NCBI RefSeq assembly: GCF_009914755.1
Contig: NC_060933.1
Direction: 5' to 3' (one strand)
DNA length: 64,000 bases
From: the human T2T-CHM13v2.0 reference genome, Homo sapiens
The notes under the pieces are model-generated. The model was not told the DNA's origin, did no database searches, and worked only from the letters and a program-made list of their open reading frames with translations. A program made the position numbers and the translations under genes. The stretch's first letter is position 1, and each line of letters starts with the position of its first letter. This document shows positions 1 through 11,500 of the stretch, piece by piece.

Positions 1-32
1 TCTGCAAGTGGATATTTGGATAGCTTTGAAGG

Positions 33-49
33 TTTCGTTGGAAACGGGA
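33..49 (+). promoter_or_regulatory. CENP-B box (canonical; representative of six per 15-mer, two per tetramer)
   Basis: TTTCGTTGGAAACGGGA matches the nTTCGnnnnAnnCGGGn CENP-B binding consensus. Confidence 0.97.
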
Positions 50-374
50 ATATCTTCATATGAAATCAAGACAGAAGCATTCTCAGAAACTTCTCTGTGA
101 TGTTTGCATTCAACTCATAGAGTTGAACACTTCCCTTCATACAGCAGGTTTGAAACACTGTTTTTCTAATATTTGGAAGTGGACATTTGCAGCGCTTTGA
201 GGCCTATGTTGAAAAAGGAAATATCTTCTCCTAAAAACCAGACAGAAGCATTCTCAGAAACTTCCTTGTGATGTGTGTACTCAAATAACAGAGTTGAACC
301 TTCCTTTTGACGGAGCAGTTTTGAAGCACTCTTTTTGTAGAATCTGCAAGTGGATATTTTGATACCTTTGAGGA

Positions 375-391
375 TTTCGTTGGACACGGGA
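375..391 (+). promoter_or_regulatory. Variant CENP-B box retaining the 9 essential bases (one per HOR)
   Basis: TTTCGTTGGACACGGGA: the A>C change lies at a non-essential position of nTTCGnnnnAnnCGGGn. Confidence 0.85.
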
Positions 392-544
392 TATCTTCAT
401 ATAAAATCTAGGCAGAAGCATTCTCAGAAACTTCTTTGTGCTGTATGTCCTCAATTAACAGAGTTGAACCTTTGTGTGGATACAGCATTTTGGAAACATT
501 CCTTTAGTAGAATCTGCAAGTTGATATTTAGATAGCTAGGAAGA

Positions 545-561
545 TTTCCTTGGAAACGGGA
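545..561 (+). promoter_or_regulatory. Degenerate CENP-B box, predicted non-binding (one per HOR)
   Basis: TTTCCTTGGAAACGGGA: the essential TTCG is changed to TTCC. It lies 170 bp after the variant box. Confidence 0.85.
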
Positions 562-2971
562 ATATCTTCATATAAAATCTAGACGGAAGCATTCTCAGAA
601 AGTGCTTTGTGATGTTTGCATTCAAGTCACAGAGTTGAATATTCCCTTTTATAGAGCAGGTTTGAAACACTCTTTCTGCACTACCTGGAAGTGGACATTT
701 GGAGCGCTTTGAGGCCTATGTTGCAAAACGAAATATCTTCCCATAAAAACTAGACAGAAGCATTCTCAGAAACTTGTTTGTGATGTGTGTATTCAACTAA
801 CAGAGATGAACCTTTCTTTTTACAGAGCAGTTTTGAAACACTCTTTTTGTGGAATCTGAAAGTGGATATTTGGATAGCTTTGAGGATTTCGTTGGAAACG
901 GGATTACATATAAAACCTAGAGAGAAGCATTCTCAGGAACTTCTTTGTGATGTTTGCATTCAAGTCACAGAACTGAACATTCCCTTTCATAGAGCAGGTT
1001 TGAAACACTCTTTCTGTAGTATCTGCAAGCTGACGTTTCAAGCGCTTTCAGGCCTATGGTGAGAAAGGAAATATCTTCAAGTAAAAACTAGACAGAAGCA
1101 TTCTCAGAAACTTATTTGCCATGTGTGTTCTCAACTAACAGAGTTGAACCTTTGTTTTGATACGGCATTTTGGAAACACTCTTTTTGTAGAATCTGCAGG
1201 TGGATATTCGGATAGCTTTGAAGGTTTCGTTGGAAACGGGAATATCTTCATATAAAATCTAGACGGAAGCATTCTCAGAAACTGCTTTGTGATGTTTTCA
1301 TTCAAGTCACAGAGTAGAATGTTCCCTGTTATATACCAGGTTTGAGACACTCTTTCTGCACTACCTGGAAGTGGACGTTTGGAGCGCTTTGAGGCCTATG
1401 TTGAAAAAGGAAATATCTTCCCATAAAAACTAGACAGAAGCATTCTCAGAAACTTGTTTGTGATGTGTGTATTCAACTAACAGAGATGAACCTTTCTTTT
1501 TACAGAGCAGTTTTGAAACACTCTTTTTGTGGAATCTGAAAGTGGATATTTGGATAGCTTTGAGGATTTCGTTGGAAACGGGATTACAGATAAAACCTAG
1601 AGAGAAGCATTCTCAGGAACTTCTTTGTGATGTTTGCATTCAAGTCACAGAACTGAACATTCCCTTTCATAGAGCAGGTTTGAAACACTCTTTCTGAAGT
1701 ATCTGCAAGCTGACGTTTCAAGCGCTTTCAGGCCTATGGTGAGAAAGGAAATATCTTCAAGTAAAAACTAGACAGAAGCATTCTCAAAAACTTATTTGCG
1801 ATGTGTGTTCTCAACTAACAGAGTTGAACCTTTGTTTTGATATGGCATTTTGGAAACACTCTTTTTGTAGAATCTGCAGGTGGATATTCGGATAGCTTTG
1901 AAGGTTTCGTTGGAAACGGGAATATCTTCATATAAAATCTAGACGGAAGCATTCTCAGAAACTGCTTTGTGATGTTTTCATTCAAGTCACAGAGTAGAAT
2001 GTTCCCTGTTATATACCAGGTTTGAGACACTCTTTCTGCACTACCTGGAAGTGGACATTTGCAGCGCTTTGAGGCCTATGATGAAAAAGGAAATATCTTC
2101 CCATAAAAACTAGACAGAAGCATTCTCAGAAACTTGTTTGTGATGTGTGTATTCAACTAACAGAGATGAACCTTTCTTTTTACAGAGCAGTTTTGAATCA
2201 CTCTTTTTGTGGAATCTGAAAGTGGATATTTGGATAGCTTTGAGGATTTCGTTGGAAACGGGATTACATATAAAATCTAGAGAGAAGCATTCTCAGGAAC
2301 TTCTTTGTGATGTTTGCATTCACGTCACAGAACTGAACATTCCCTTTCATAGAGCATGTTTGAAACACTCTTTCTGTAGTATCTGCAAACGGACATTTCA
2401 AACGCTTTCAGGCCTATGGTGAGAAAGGAAATATCTTCAAATAAAAACTAGACAGAAGCATTCTCAGAAAGTTATTTGCGATGTGTGTCCTCAACTAACA
2501 GAGTTGAACCTTTCTTTTGATACAACATTTTGGAAACACTCTTTTTGTAGAATCTGCAAGTGGATATTTGAATAGCTTTGAAGGTTTCGTTGGAAACGGG
2601 AATATCTTCAAATAAAAACTAGACAGAAGCATTCTCAGAAACTTATTTGCGATGTGTGTCCTCAACTAACAGAGTTGAACCTTTCTTTTGATACAACATT
2701 TTGGAAACACTCTTTTTGTAGAATCTGCAAGTGGATATTTGGATAGCTTTGAAGGTTTCGTTGGAAACGGGAATATCTTCATATGAAATCAAGACAGAAG
2801 CATTCTCAGAAACTTCTCTGTGATGTTTGCATTCAACTCATAGAGTTGAACACTTCCCTTCATACAGCAGGTTTGAAACACTGTTTTTCTAATATTTGGA
2901 AGTGGACATTTGCAGCGCTTTGAGGCCTATGTTGAAAAAGGAAATATCTTCTCCTAAAAACCAGACAGAAG

Positions 2972-5519
2972 CATTCTCAGAAACTTCCTTGTGATGTGTG
3001 TACTCAAGTAACAGAGTTGAACCTTCCTTTTGACGGAGCAGTTTTGAAGCACTCTTTTTGTAGAATCTGCAAGTGGATATTTTGATACCTTTGAGGATTT
3101 CGTTGGACACGGGATATCTTCATATAAAATCTAGGCAGAAGCATTCTCAGAAACTTCTTTGTGCTGTATGTCCTCAATTAACAGAGTTGAACCTTTGTGT
3201 GGATACAGCATTTTGGAAACATTCCTTTAGTAGAATCTGCAAGTTGATATTTAGATAGCTAGGAAGATTTCCTTGGAAACGGGAATATCTTCATATAAAA
3301 TCTAGACGGAAGCATTCTCAGAAAGTGCTTTGTGATGTTTGCATTCAAGTCACAGAGTTGAATATTCCCTTTTATAGAGCAGGTTTGAAACACTCTTTCT
3401 GCACTACCTGGAAGTGGACATTTGGAGCGCTTTGAGGCCTATGTTGAAAAACGAAATATCTTCCCATAAAAACTAGACAGAAGCATTCTCAGAAACTTGT
3501 TTGTGATGTGTGTATTCAACTAACAGAGATGAACCTTTCTTTTTACAGAGCAGTTTTGAAACACTCTTTTTGTGGAATCTGAAAGTGGATATTTGGATAG
3601 CTTTGAGGATTTCGTTGGAAACGGGATTACATATAAATCCTAGAGAGAAGCATTCTCAGGAACTTCTTTGTGATGTTTGCCTTCAAGTCACAGGACTGAA
3701 CATTCCCTTTCATAGAGCAGGTTTGAAACACTCTTTCTGTAGTATCTGCAAGCTGACGTTTCAAGCGCTTTCAGGCCTATGGTGAGAAAGGAAATATCTT
3801 CAAGTAAAAACTAGACAGAAGCATTCTCAGAAACTTATTTGCCATGTGTGTTCTCAACTAACAGAGTTGAACCTTTGTTTTGATACGGCATTTTGGAAAC
3901 ACTCTTTTTGTAGAATCTGCAGGTGGATATTCGGATAGCTTTGAAGGTTTCGTTGGAAACGGGAATATCTTCATATAAAATCTAGACGGAAGCATTCTCA
4001 GAAACTGCTTTGTGATGTTTTCATTCAAGTCACAGAGTAGAATGTTCCCTGTTATATACCAGGTTTGAGACACTCTTTCTGCACTACCTGGAAGTGGACG
4101 TTTGGAGCGCTTTGAGGCCTATGTTGAAAAAGGAAATATCTTCCCATAAAAACTAGACAGAAGCATTCTCAGAAACTTGTTTGTGATGTGTGTATTCAAC
4201 TAACAGAGATGAACCTTTCTTTTTACAGAGCAGTTTTGAAACACTCTTTTTGTGGAATCTGAAAGTGGATATTTGGATAGCTTTGAGGATTTCGTTGGAA
4301 ACGGGATTACATATAAAATCTAGAGAGAAGCATTCTCAGGAACTTCTTTGTGATGTTTGCATTCACGTCACAGAACTGAACATTCCCTTTCATAGAGCAT
4401 GTTTGAAACACTCTGTAGTATCTGCAAACGGACATTTCAAACGCTTTCAGGCCTATGGTGAGAAAGGAAATATCTTCAAGTAAAAACTAGACAGAAGCAT
4501 TCTCAGAAACTTATTTGCGATGTGTGTCCTCAACTAACAGAGTTGAACCTTTCTTTTGATACAACATTTTGGAAACACTCTTTTTGTAGAATCAGCAAGT
4601 GGATATTTGAATAGCTTTGAAGGTTTCGTTGGAAACGGGAATATCTTCATATAAAATCAAGACAGAAGCATTCTCAGAAACTTCTCTGTGATGTTTGCAT
4701 TCAACTCATAGAGTTGAACACTTCCCTTCATACAGCAGGTTTGAAACACTCTTTTTGTAATATTTGGAAGTGGACATTTGCAGCGCTTTGAGGCCTATGA
4801 TGAAAAAGGTAATATCTTCCCATAAAAACTAGACAGAAGCATTCTCAGAAACTTGTTTGTGATGTGTGTATTCAACTAACAGAGATGAACCTTTCTTTTT
4901 ACAGAGCAGTTTTGAAACACTCTTTTTGTGGAATCTGAAAGTGGATATTTGGATAGCTTTGCGGATTTCGTTGGAAACGGGATTACATATAAAATCTAGG
5001 GAGAAGCATTCTCAGGAACTTCTTTGTGATGTTTGCATTCAAGTCACAGAACTGAACATTCCCTTTCATAGAGCAGGTTTGAAACACTCTTTCTGTAGTA
5101 TCTGCAAGCGGACGTTTTAAGCGCTTTCAGGCCTGTGGTGAGAAAGGAAATATCTTCAAATAAAAACTAGACAGAAGCATTCTCAGAAACGTATTTGCGA
5201 TGTGTGTCCTCAACTAACAGAGTTGAACCTTTCTTTTGATACAACATTTTGGAAACACTCTTTTTGTAGAATCTGCAAGTGGATATTTGGATAGCTTTGA
5301 AGGTTTCGTTGGAAACGGGAATATCTTCATATGAAATCAAGACAGAAGCATTCTCAGAAACTTCTCTGTGATGTTTGCATTCAACTCATAGAGTTGAACA
5401 CTTCCCTTCATACAGCAGGTTTGAAACACTCTTTTTCTAATATTTGGAAGTGGACATTTGCAGCGCTTTGAGGCCTTTGTTGAAAAAGGAAATATCTTCT
5501 CCTAAAAACCAGACAGAAG
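2972..5519 (+). repeat. 15-mer HOR with 4-bp deletion (2548 bp)
   Basis: CACTCTGTAG replaces CACTCTTTCTGTAG at ~4409-4418. Unit spacing is 2548. Confidence 0.95.
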
Positions 5520-8500
5520 CATTCTCAGAAACTTCCTTGTGATGTGTGTACTCAAGTAACAGAGTTGAACCTTCCTTTTGACGGAGCAGTTTTGAAGCAC
5601 TCTTTTTGTAGAATCTGCAAGTGGATATTTTGATACCTTTGAGGATTTCGTTGGACACGGGATATCTTCATATAAAATCTAGACAGAAGCATTCTCAGAA
5701 ACTTCTTTGTGCTGTATGTCCTCAATTAACAGAGTTGAACCTTTGTGTGGATACAGCATTTTGGAAACATTCCTTTAGTAGAATCTGCAAGTTGACATTT
5801 AGATAGCTAGGAAGATTTCCTTGGAAACGGGAATATCTTCATATAAAATCTAGACGGAAGCATTCTCAGAAAGTGCTTTGTGATGTTTGCATTCAAGTCA
5901 CAGAGTTGAATATTCCCTTTTATAGAGCAGGTTTGAAACACTCTTTCTGCACTACCTGGAAGTGGACATTTGGAGCGCTTTGAGGCCTATGTTGAAAAAG
6001 GAAATATCTTCCCATAAAAACTAGACAGAAGCATTCTCAGAAACTTGTTTGTGATGTGTGTATTCAACTAACAGAGATGAACCTTTCTTTTTACAGAGCA
6101 GTTTTGAAACACTCTTTTTGTGGAATCTGAAAGTGGATATTTGGATAGCTTTGAGGATTTCGTTGGAAACGGGATTACATATAAAACCTAGAGAGAAGCA
6201 TTCTCAGGAACTTCTTTTTGATGTTTGCCTTCAAGTCACAGGACTGAACATTCCCTTTCATAGAGCAGGTTTGAAACACTCTTTCTGTAGTATCTGCAAG
6301 CTGACGTTTCAAGCGCTTTCAGGCCTATGGTGAGAAAGGAAATATCTTCAAGTAAAAACTAGACAGAAGCATTCTCAGAAACTTATTTGCCATGTGTGTT
6401 CTCAACTAACAGAGTTGAACCTTTGTTTTGATACGGCATTTTGGAAACACTCTTTTTGTAGAATCTGCAGGTGGATATTCGGATAGCTTTGAAGGTTTCG
6501 TTGGAAACGGGAATATCTTCATATAAAATCTAGACGGAAGCATTCTCAGAAACTGCTTTGTGATGTTTTCATTCAAGTCACAGAGTAGAATGTTCCCTGT
6601 TATATACCAGGTTTGAGACACTCTTTCTGCACTACCTGGAAGTGGACGTTTGGAGCGCTTTGAGGCCTATGTTGAAAAAGGAAATATCTTCCCATAAAAG
6701 CTAGACAGAAGCATTCTCAGAAACTTGTTTGTGATGTGTGTATTCAACTAACAGAGATGAACCTTTCTTTTTACAGAGCAGTTTTGAAACACTCTTTTTG
6801 TGGAATCTGAAAGTGGATATTTGGATAGCTTTGAGGATTTCGTTGGAAACGGGATTACATATAAAATCTAGAGAGAAGCATTCTCAGGAACTTCTTTGTG
6901 ATGTTTGCATTCACGTCACAGAACTGAACATTCCCTTTCATAGAGCATGTTTGAAACACTCTTTCTGTAGTATCTGCAAACGGACATTTCAAACGCTTTC
7001 AGGCCTATGGTGAGAAAGGAAATATCTTCAAGTAAAAACTAGACAGAAGCATTCTCAGAAACTTATTTGCGATGTGTGTCCTCAACTAACAGAGTTGAAC
7101 CTTTCTTTTGATACAACATTTTGGAAACACTCTTTTTGTAGAATCAGCAAGTGGATATTTGAATAGCTTTGAAGGTTTCGTTGGAAACGGGAATATCTTC
7201 ATATAAAATCAAGACAGAAGCATTCTCAGAAACTTCTCTGTGATGTTTGCATTCAACTCATAGAGTTGAACACTTCCCTTCATACAGCAGGTTTGAAACA
7301 CTCTTTTTGTAATATTTGGAAGTGGACATTTGCAGCGCTTTGAGGCCTATGATGAAAAAGGAAATATCTTCCCATAAAAACTAGACAGAAGCATTCTCAG
7401 AAACTTGTTTGTGATGTGTGTATTCAACTAACAGAGATGAACCTTTCTTTTTACAGAGCAGTTTTGAAACACTCTTTTTGTGGAATCTGAAAGTGGATAT
7501 TTGGATAGCTTTGCGGATTTCGTTGGAAACGGGATTACATATAAAATCTAGGGAGAAGCATTCTCAGGAACTTCTTTGTGATGTTTGCATTCAAGTCACA
7601 GAACTGAACATTCCCTTTCATAGAGCAGGTTTGAAACACTCTTTCTGTAGTATCTGCAAGCGGACGTTTTAAGCGCTTTCAGGCCTGTGGTGAGAAAGGA
7701 AATATCTTCAAATAAAAACTAGACAGAAGCATTCTCAGAAACGTATTTGCGATGTGTGTCCTCAACTAACAGAGTTGAACCTTTCTTTTGATACAACATT
7801 TTGGAAACACTCTTTTTGTAGAATCTGCAAGTGGATATTTGGATAGCTTTGAAGGTTTCGTTGGAAACGGGAATATCTTCATATGAAATCAAGACAGAAG
7901 CATTCTCAGAAACTTCTCTGTGATGTTTGCATTCAACTCATAGAGTTGAACACTTCCCTTCATACAGCAGGTTTGAAACACTCTTTTTCTAATATTTGGA
8001 AGTGGACATTTGCAGCGCTTTGAGGCCTATGTTGAAAAAGGAAATATCTTCTCCTAAAAACCAGACAGAAGCATTCTCAGAAACTTCCTTGTGATGTGTG
8101 TACTCAAGTAACAGAGTTGAACCTTCCTTTTGACAGAGCAGTTTTGAAGCACTCTTTTTGTAGAATCTGCAAGTGGATATTTTGATACCTTTGAGGATTT
8201 CGTTGGACACGGGATATCTTCATATAAAATCTAGACAGAAGCATTCTCAGAAACTTCTTTGTGCTGTATGTCCTCAATTAACAGAGTTGAACCTTTGTGT
8301 GGATACAGCATTTTGGAAACATTCCTTTAGTAGAATCTGCAAGTTGATATTTAGATAGCTAGGAAGATTTCCTTGGAAACGGGAATATCTTCATATAAAA
8401 TCTAGACGGAAGCATTCTCAGAAAGTGCTTTGTGATGTTTGCATTCAAGTCACAGAGTTGAATATTCCCTTTTATAGAGCAGGTTTGAAACACTCTTTCT

Positions 8501-11500
8501 GCACTACCTGGAAGTGGACATTTGGAGCGCTTTGAGGCCTATGTTGAAAAAGGAAATATCTTCCCATAAAAACTAGACAGAAGCATTCTCAGAAACTTGT
8601 TTGTGATGTGTGTATTCAACTAACAGAGATGAACCTTTCTTTTTACAGAGCAGTTTTGAAACACTCTTTTTGTGGAATCTGAAAGTGGATATTTGGATAG
8701 CTTTGAGGATTTCGTTGGAAACGGGATTACATATAAAACCTAGAGAGAAGCATTCTCAGGAACTTCTTTGTGATGTTTGCCTTCAAGTCACAGGACTGAA
8801 CATTCCCTTTCATAGAGCAGGTTTGAAACACTCTTTCTGTAGTATCTGCAAGCTGACGTTTCAAGCGCTTTCAGGCCTATGGTGAGAAAGGAAATATCTT
8901 CAAGTAAAAACTAGACAGAAGCATTCTCAGAAACTTATTTGCCATGTGTGTTCTCAACTAACAGAGTTGAACCTTTGTTTTGATACGGCATTTTGGAAAC
9001 ACTCTTTTTGTAGAATCTGCAGGTGGATATTCGGATAGCTTTGAAGGTTTCGTTGGAAACGGGAATATCTTCATATAAAATCTAGACGGAAGCATTCTCA
9101 GAAACTGCTTTGTGATGTTTTCATTCAAGTCACAGAGTAGAATGTTCCCTGTTATATACCAGGTTTGAGACACTCTTTCTGCACTACCCGGAAGTGGACG
9201 TTTGGAGCGCTTTGAGGCCAATGTTGAAAAAGGAAATATCTTCCCATAAAAACTAGACAGAAGCATTCTCAGAAACTTGTTTGTGATGTGTGTATTCAAC
9301 TAACAGAGATGAACCTTTCTTTTTACAGAGCAGTTTTGAAACACTCTTTTTGTGGAATCTGAAAGTGGATATTTGGATAGCTTTGAGGATTTCGTTGGAA
9401 ACGGGATTACATATAAAATCTAGAGAGAAGCATTCTCAGGAACTTCTTTGTGATGTTTGCATTCACGTCACAGAACTGAACATTCCCTTTCATAGAGCAT
9501 GTTTGAAACACTCTTTCTGTAGTATCTGCAAACGGACATTTCAAACGCTTTCAGGCCTATGGTGAGAAAGGAAATATCTTCAAGTAAAAACTAGACAGAA
9601 GCATTCTCAGAAACTTATTTGCGATGTGTGTCCTCAACTAACAGAGTTGAACCTTTCTTTTGATACAACATTTTGGAAACACTCTTTTTGTAGAATCTGC
9701 AAGTGGATATTTGAATAGCTTTGAAGGTTTCGTTGGAAACGGGAATATCTTCATATAAAATCAAGACGGAAGCATTCTCAGAAACTTCTCTGTGATGTTT
9801 GCATTCAACTCATAGAGTTGAACACTTCCCTTCATACAGCAGGTTTGAAACACTCTTTTTGTAATATTTGGAAGTGGACATTTGCAGCGCTTTGAGGCCT
9901 ATGATGAAAAAGGAAATATCTTCCCATAAAAACTAGACAGAAGCATTCTCAGAAACTTGTTTGTGATGTGTGTATTCAACTAACAGAGATGAACCTTTCT
10001 TTTTACAGAGCAGTTTTGAAACACTCTTTTTGTGGAATCTGAAAGTGGATATTTGGATAGCTTTGCGGATTTCGTTGGAAACGGGATTACATATAAAATC
10101 TAGGGAGAAGCATTCTCAGGAACTTCTTTGTGATGTTTGCATTCAAGTCACAGAACTGAACATTCCCTTTCATAGAGCAGGTTTGAAACACTCTTTCTGT
10201 AGTATCTGCAAGCGGACGTTTTAAGCGCTTTCAGGCCTGTGGTGAGAAAGGAAATATCTTCAAATAAAAACTAGACAGAAGCATTCTCAGAAACGTATTT
10301 GCGATGTGTGTCCTCAACTAACAGAGTTGAACCTTTCTTTTGATACAACATTTTGGAAACACTCTTTTTGTAGAATCTGCAAGTGGATATTTGGATAGCT
10401 TTGAAGGTTTCGTTGGAAACGGGAATATCTTCATATGAAATCAAGACAGAAGCATTCTCAGAAACTTCTCTGTGATGTTTGCATTCAACTCATAGAGTTG
10501 AACACTTCCCTTCATACAGCAGGTTTGAAACACTCTTTTTCTAATATTTGGAAGTGGACATTTGCAGCGCTTTGAGGCCTATGTTGAAAAAGGAAATATC
10601 TTCTCCTAAAAACCAGACAGAAGCATTCTCAGAAACTTCCTTGTGATGTGTGTACTCAAGTAACAGAGTTGAACCTTCCTTTTGACAGAGCAGTTTTGAA
10701 GCACTCTTTTTGTAGAATCTGCAAGTGGATATTTTGATACCTTTGAGGATTTCGTTGGACACGGGATATCTTCATATAAAATCTAGACAGAAGCATTCTC
10801 AGAAACTTCTTTGTGCTGTATGTCCTCAATTAACAGAGTTGAACCTTTGTGTGGATACAGCATTTTGGAAACATTCCTTTAGTAGAATCTGCAAGTTGAT
10901 ATTTAGATAGCTAGGAAGATTTCCTTGGAAACGGGAATATCTTCATATAAAATCTAGACGGAAGCATTCTCAGAAAGTGCTTTGTGATGTTTGCATTCAA
11001 GTCACAGAGTTGAATATTCCCTTTTATAGAGCAGGTTTGAAACACTCTTTCTGCACTACCTGGAAGTGGACATTTGGAGCGCTTTGAGGCCTATGTTGAA
11101 AAAGGAAATATCTTCCCATAAAAACTAGACAGAAGCATTCTCAGAAACTTGTTTGTGATGTGTGTATTCAACTAACAGAGATGAACCTTTCTTTTTACAG
11201 AGCAGTTTTGAAACACTCTTTTTGTGGAATCTGAAAGTGGATATTTGGATAGCTTTGAGGATTTCGTTGGAAACGGGATTACATATAAATCCTAGAGAGA
11301 AGCATTCTCAGGAACTTCTTTGTGATGTTTGCCTTCAAGTCACAGGACTGAACATTCCCTTTCATAGAGCAGGTTTGAAACACTCTTTCTGTAGTATCTG
11401 CAAGCTGACGTTTCAAGCGCTTTCAGGCCTATGGTGAGAAAGGAAATATCTTCAAGTAAAAACTAGACAGAAGCATTCTCAGAAACTTATTTGCCATGTG

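Larger units (their letters stand above)
249..2971 (+). repeat. 16-mer HOR structural variant (2723 bp)
   Basis: The marker monomer CATTCTCAGAAACTTCCTTG starts at 249 and at 2972 (ORF track 350 and 3073). The unit consists of a trimer, two T1-like tetramers (761-1440, 1441-2120), three monomers of T2 and two monomers of T3. Confidence 0.92.

Noticed and set aside
251-259. TTCTCAGAA dyad resembling a STAT/GAS site, and short palindromes such as AAGCGCTT and AGGCCT
   Set aside because: These are general features of the alpha-satellite consensus. The sequence alone gives no evidence of a specific function here.
4190-4483. 97-aa ORF with an altered C-terminus suggesting a frameshifted gene
   Set aside because: It is simply the consequence of the 4-bp deletion in non-coding satellite.
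8958-9299. Longer 113-aa minus-strand ORF in some HORs
   Set aside because: It arises from a single SNV (GGCCTATG>GGCCAATG) that removes a stop codon. It is a haplotype marker, not a gene.
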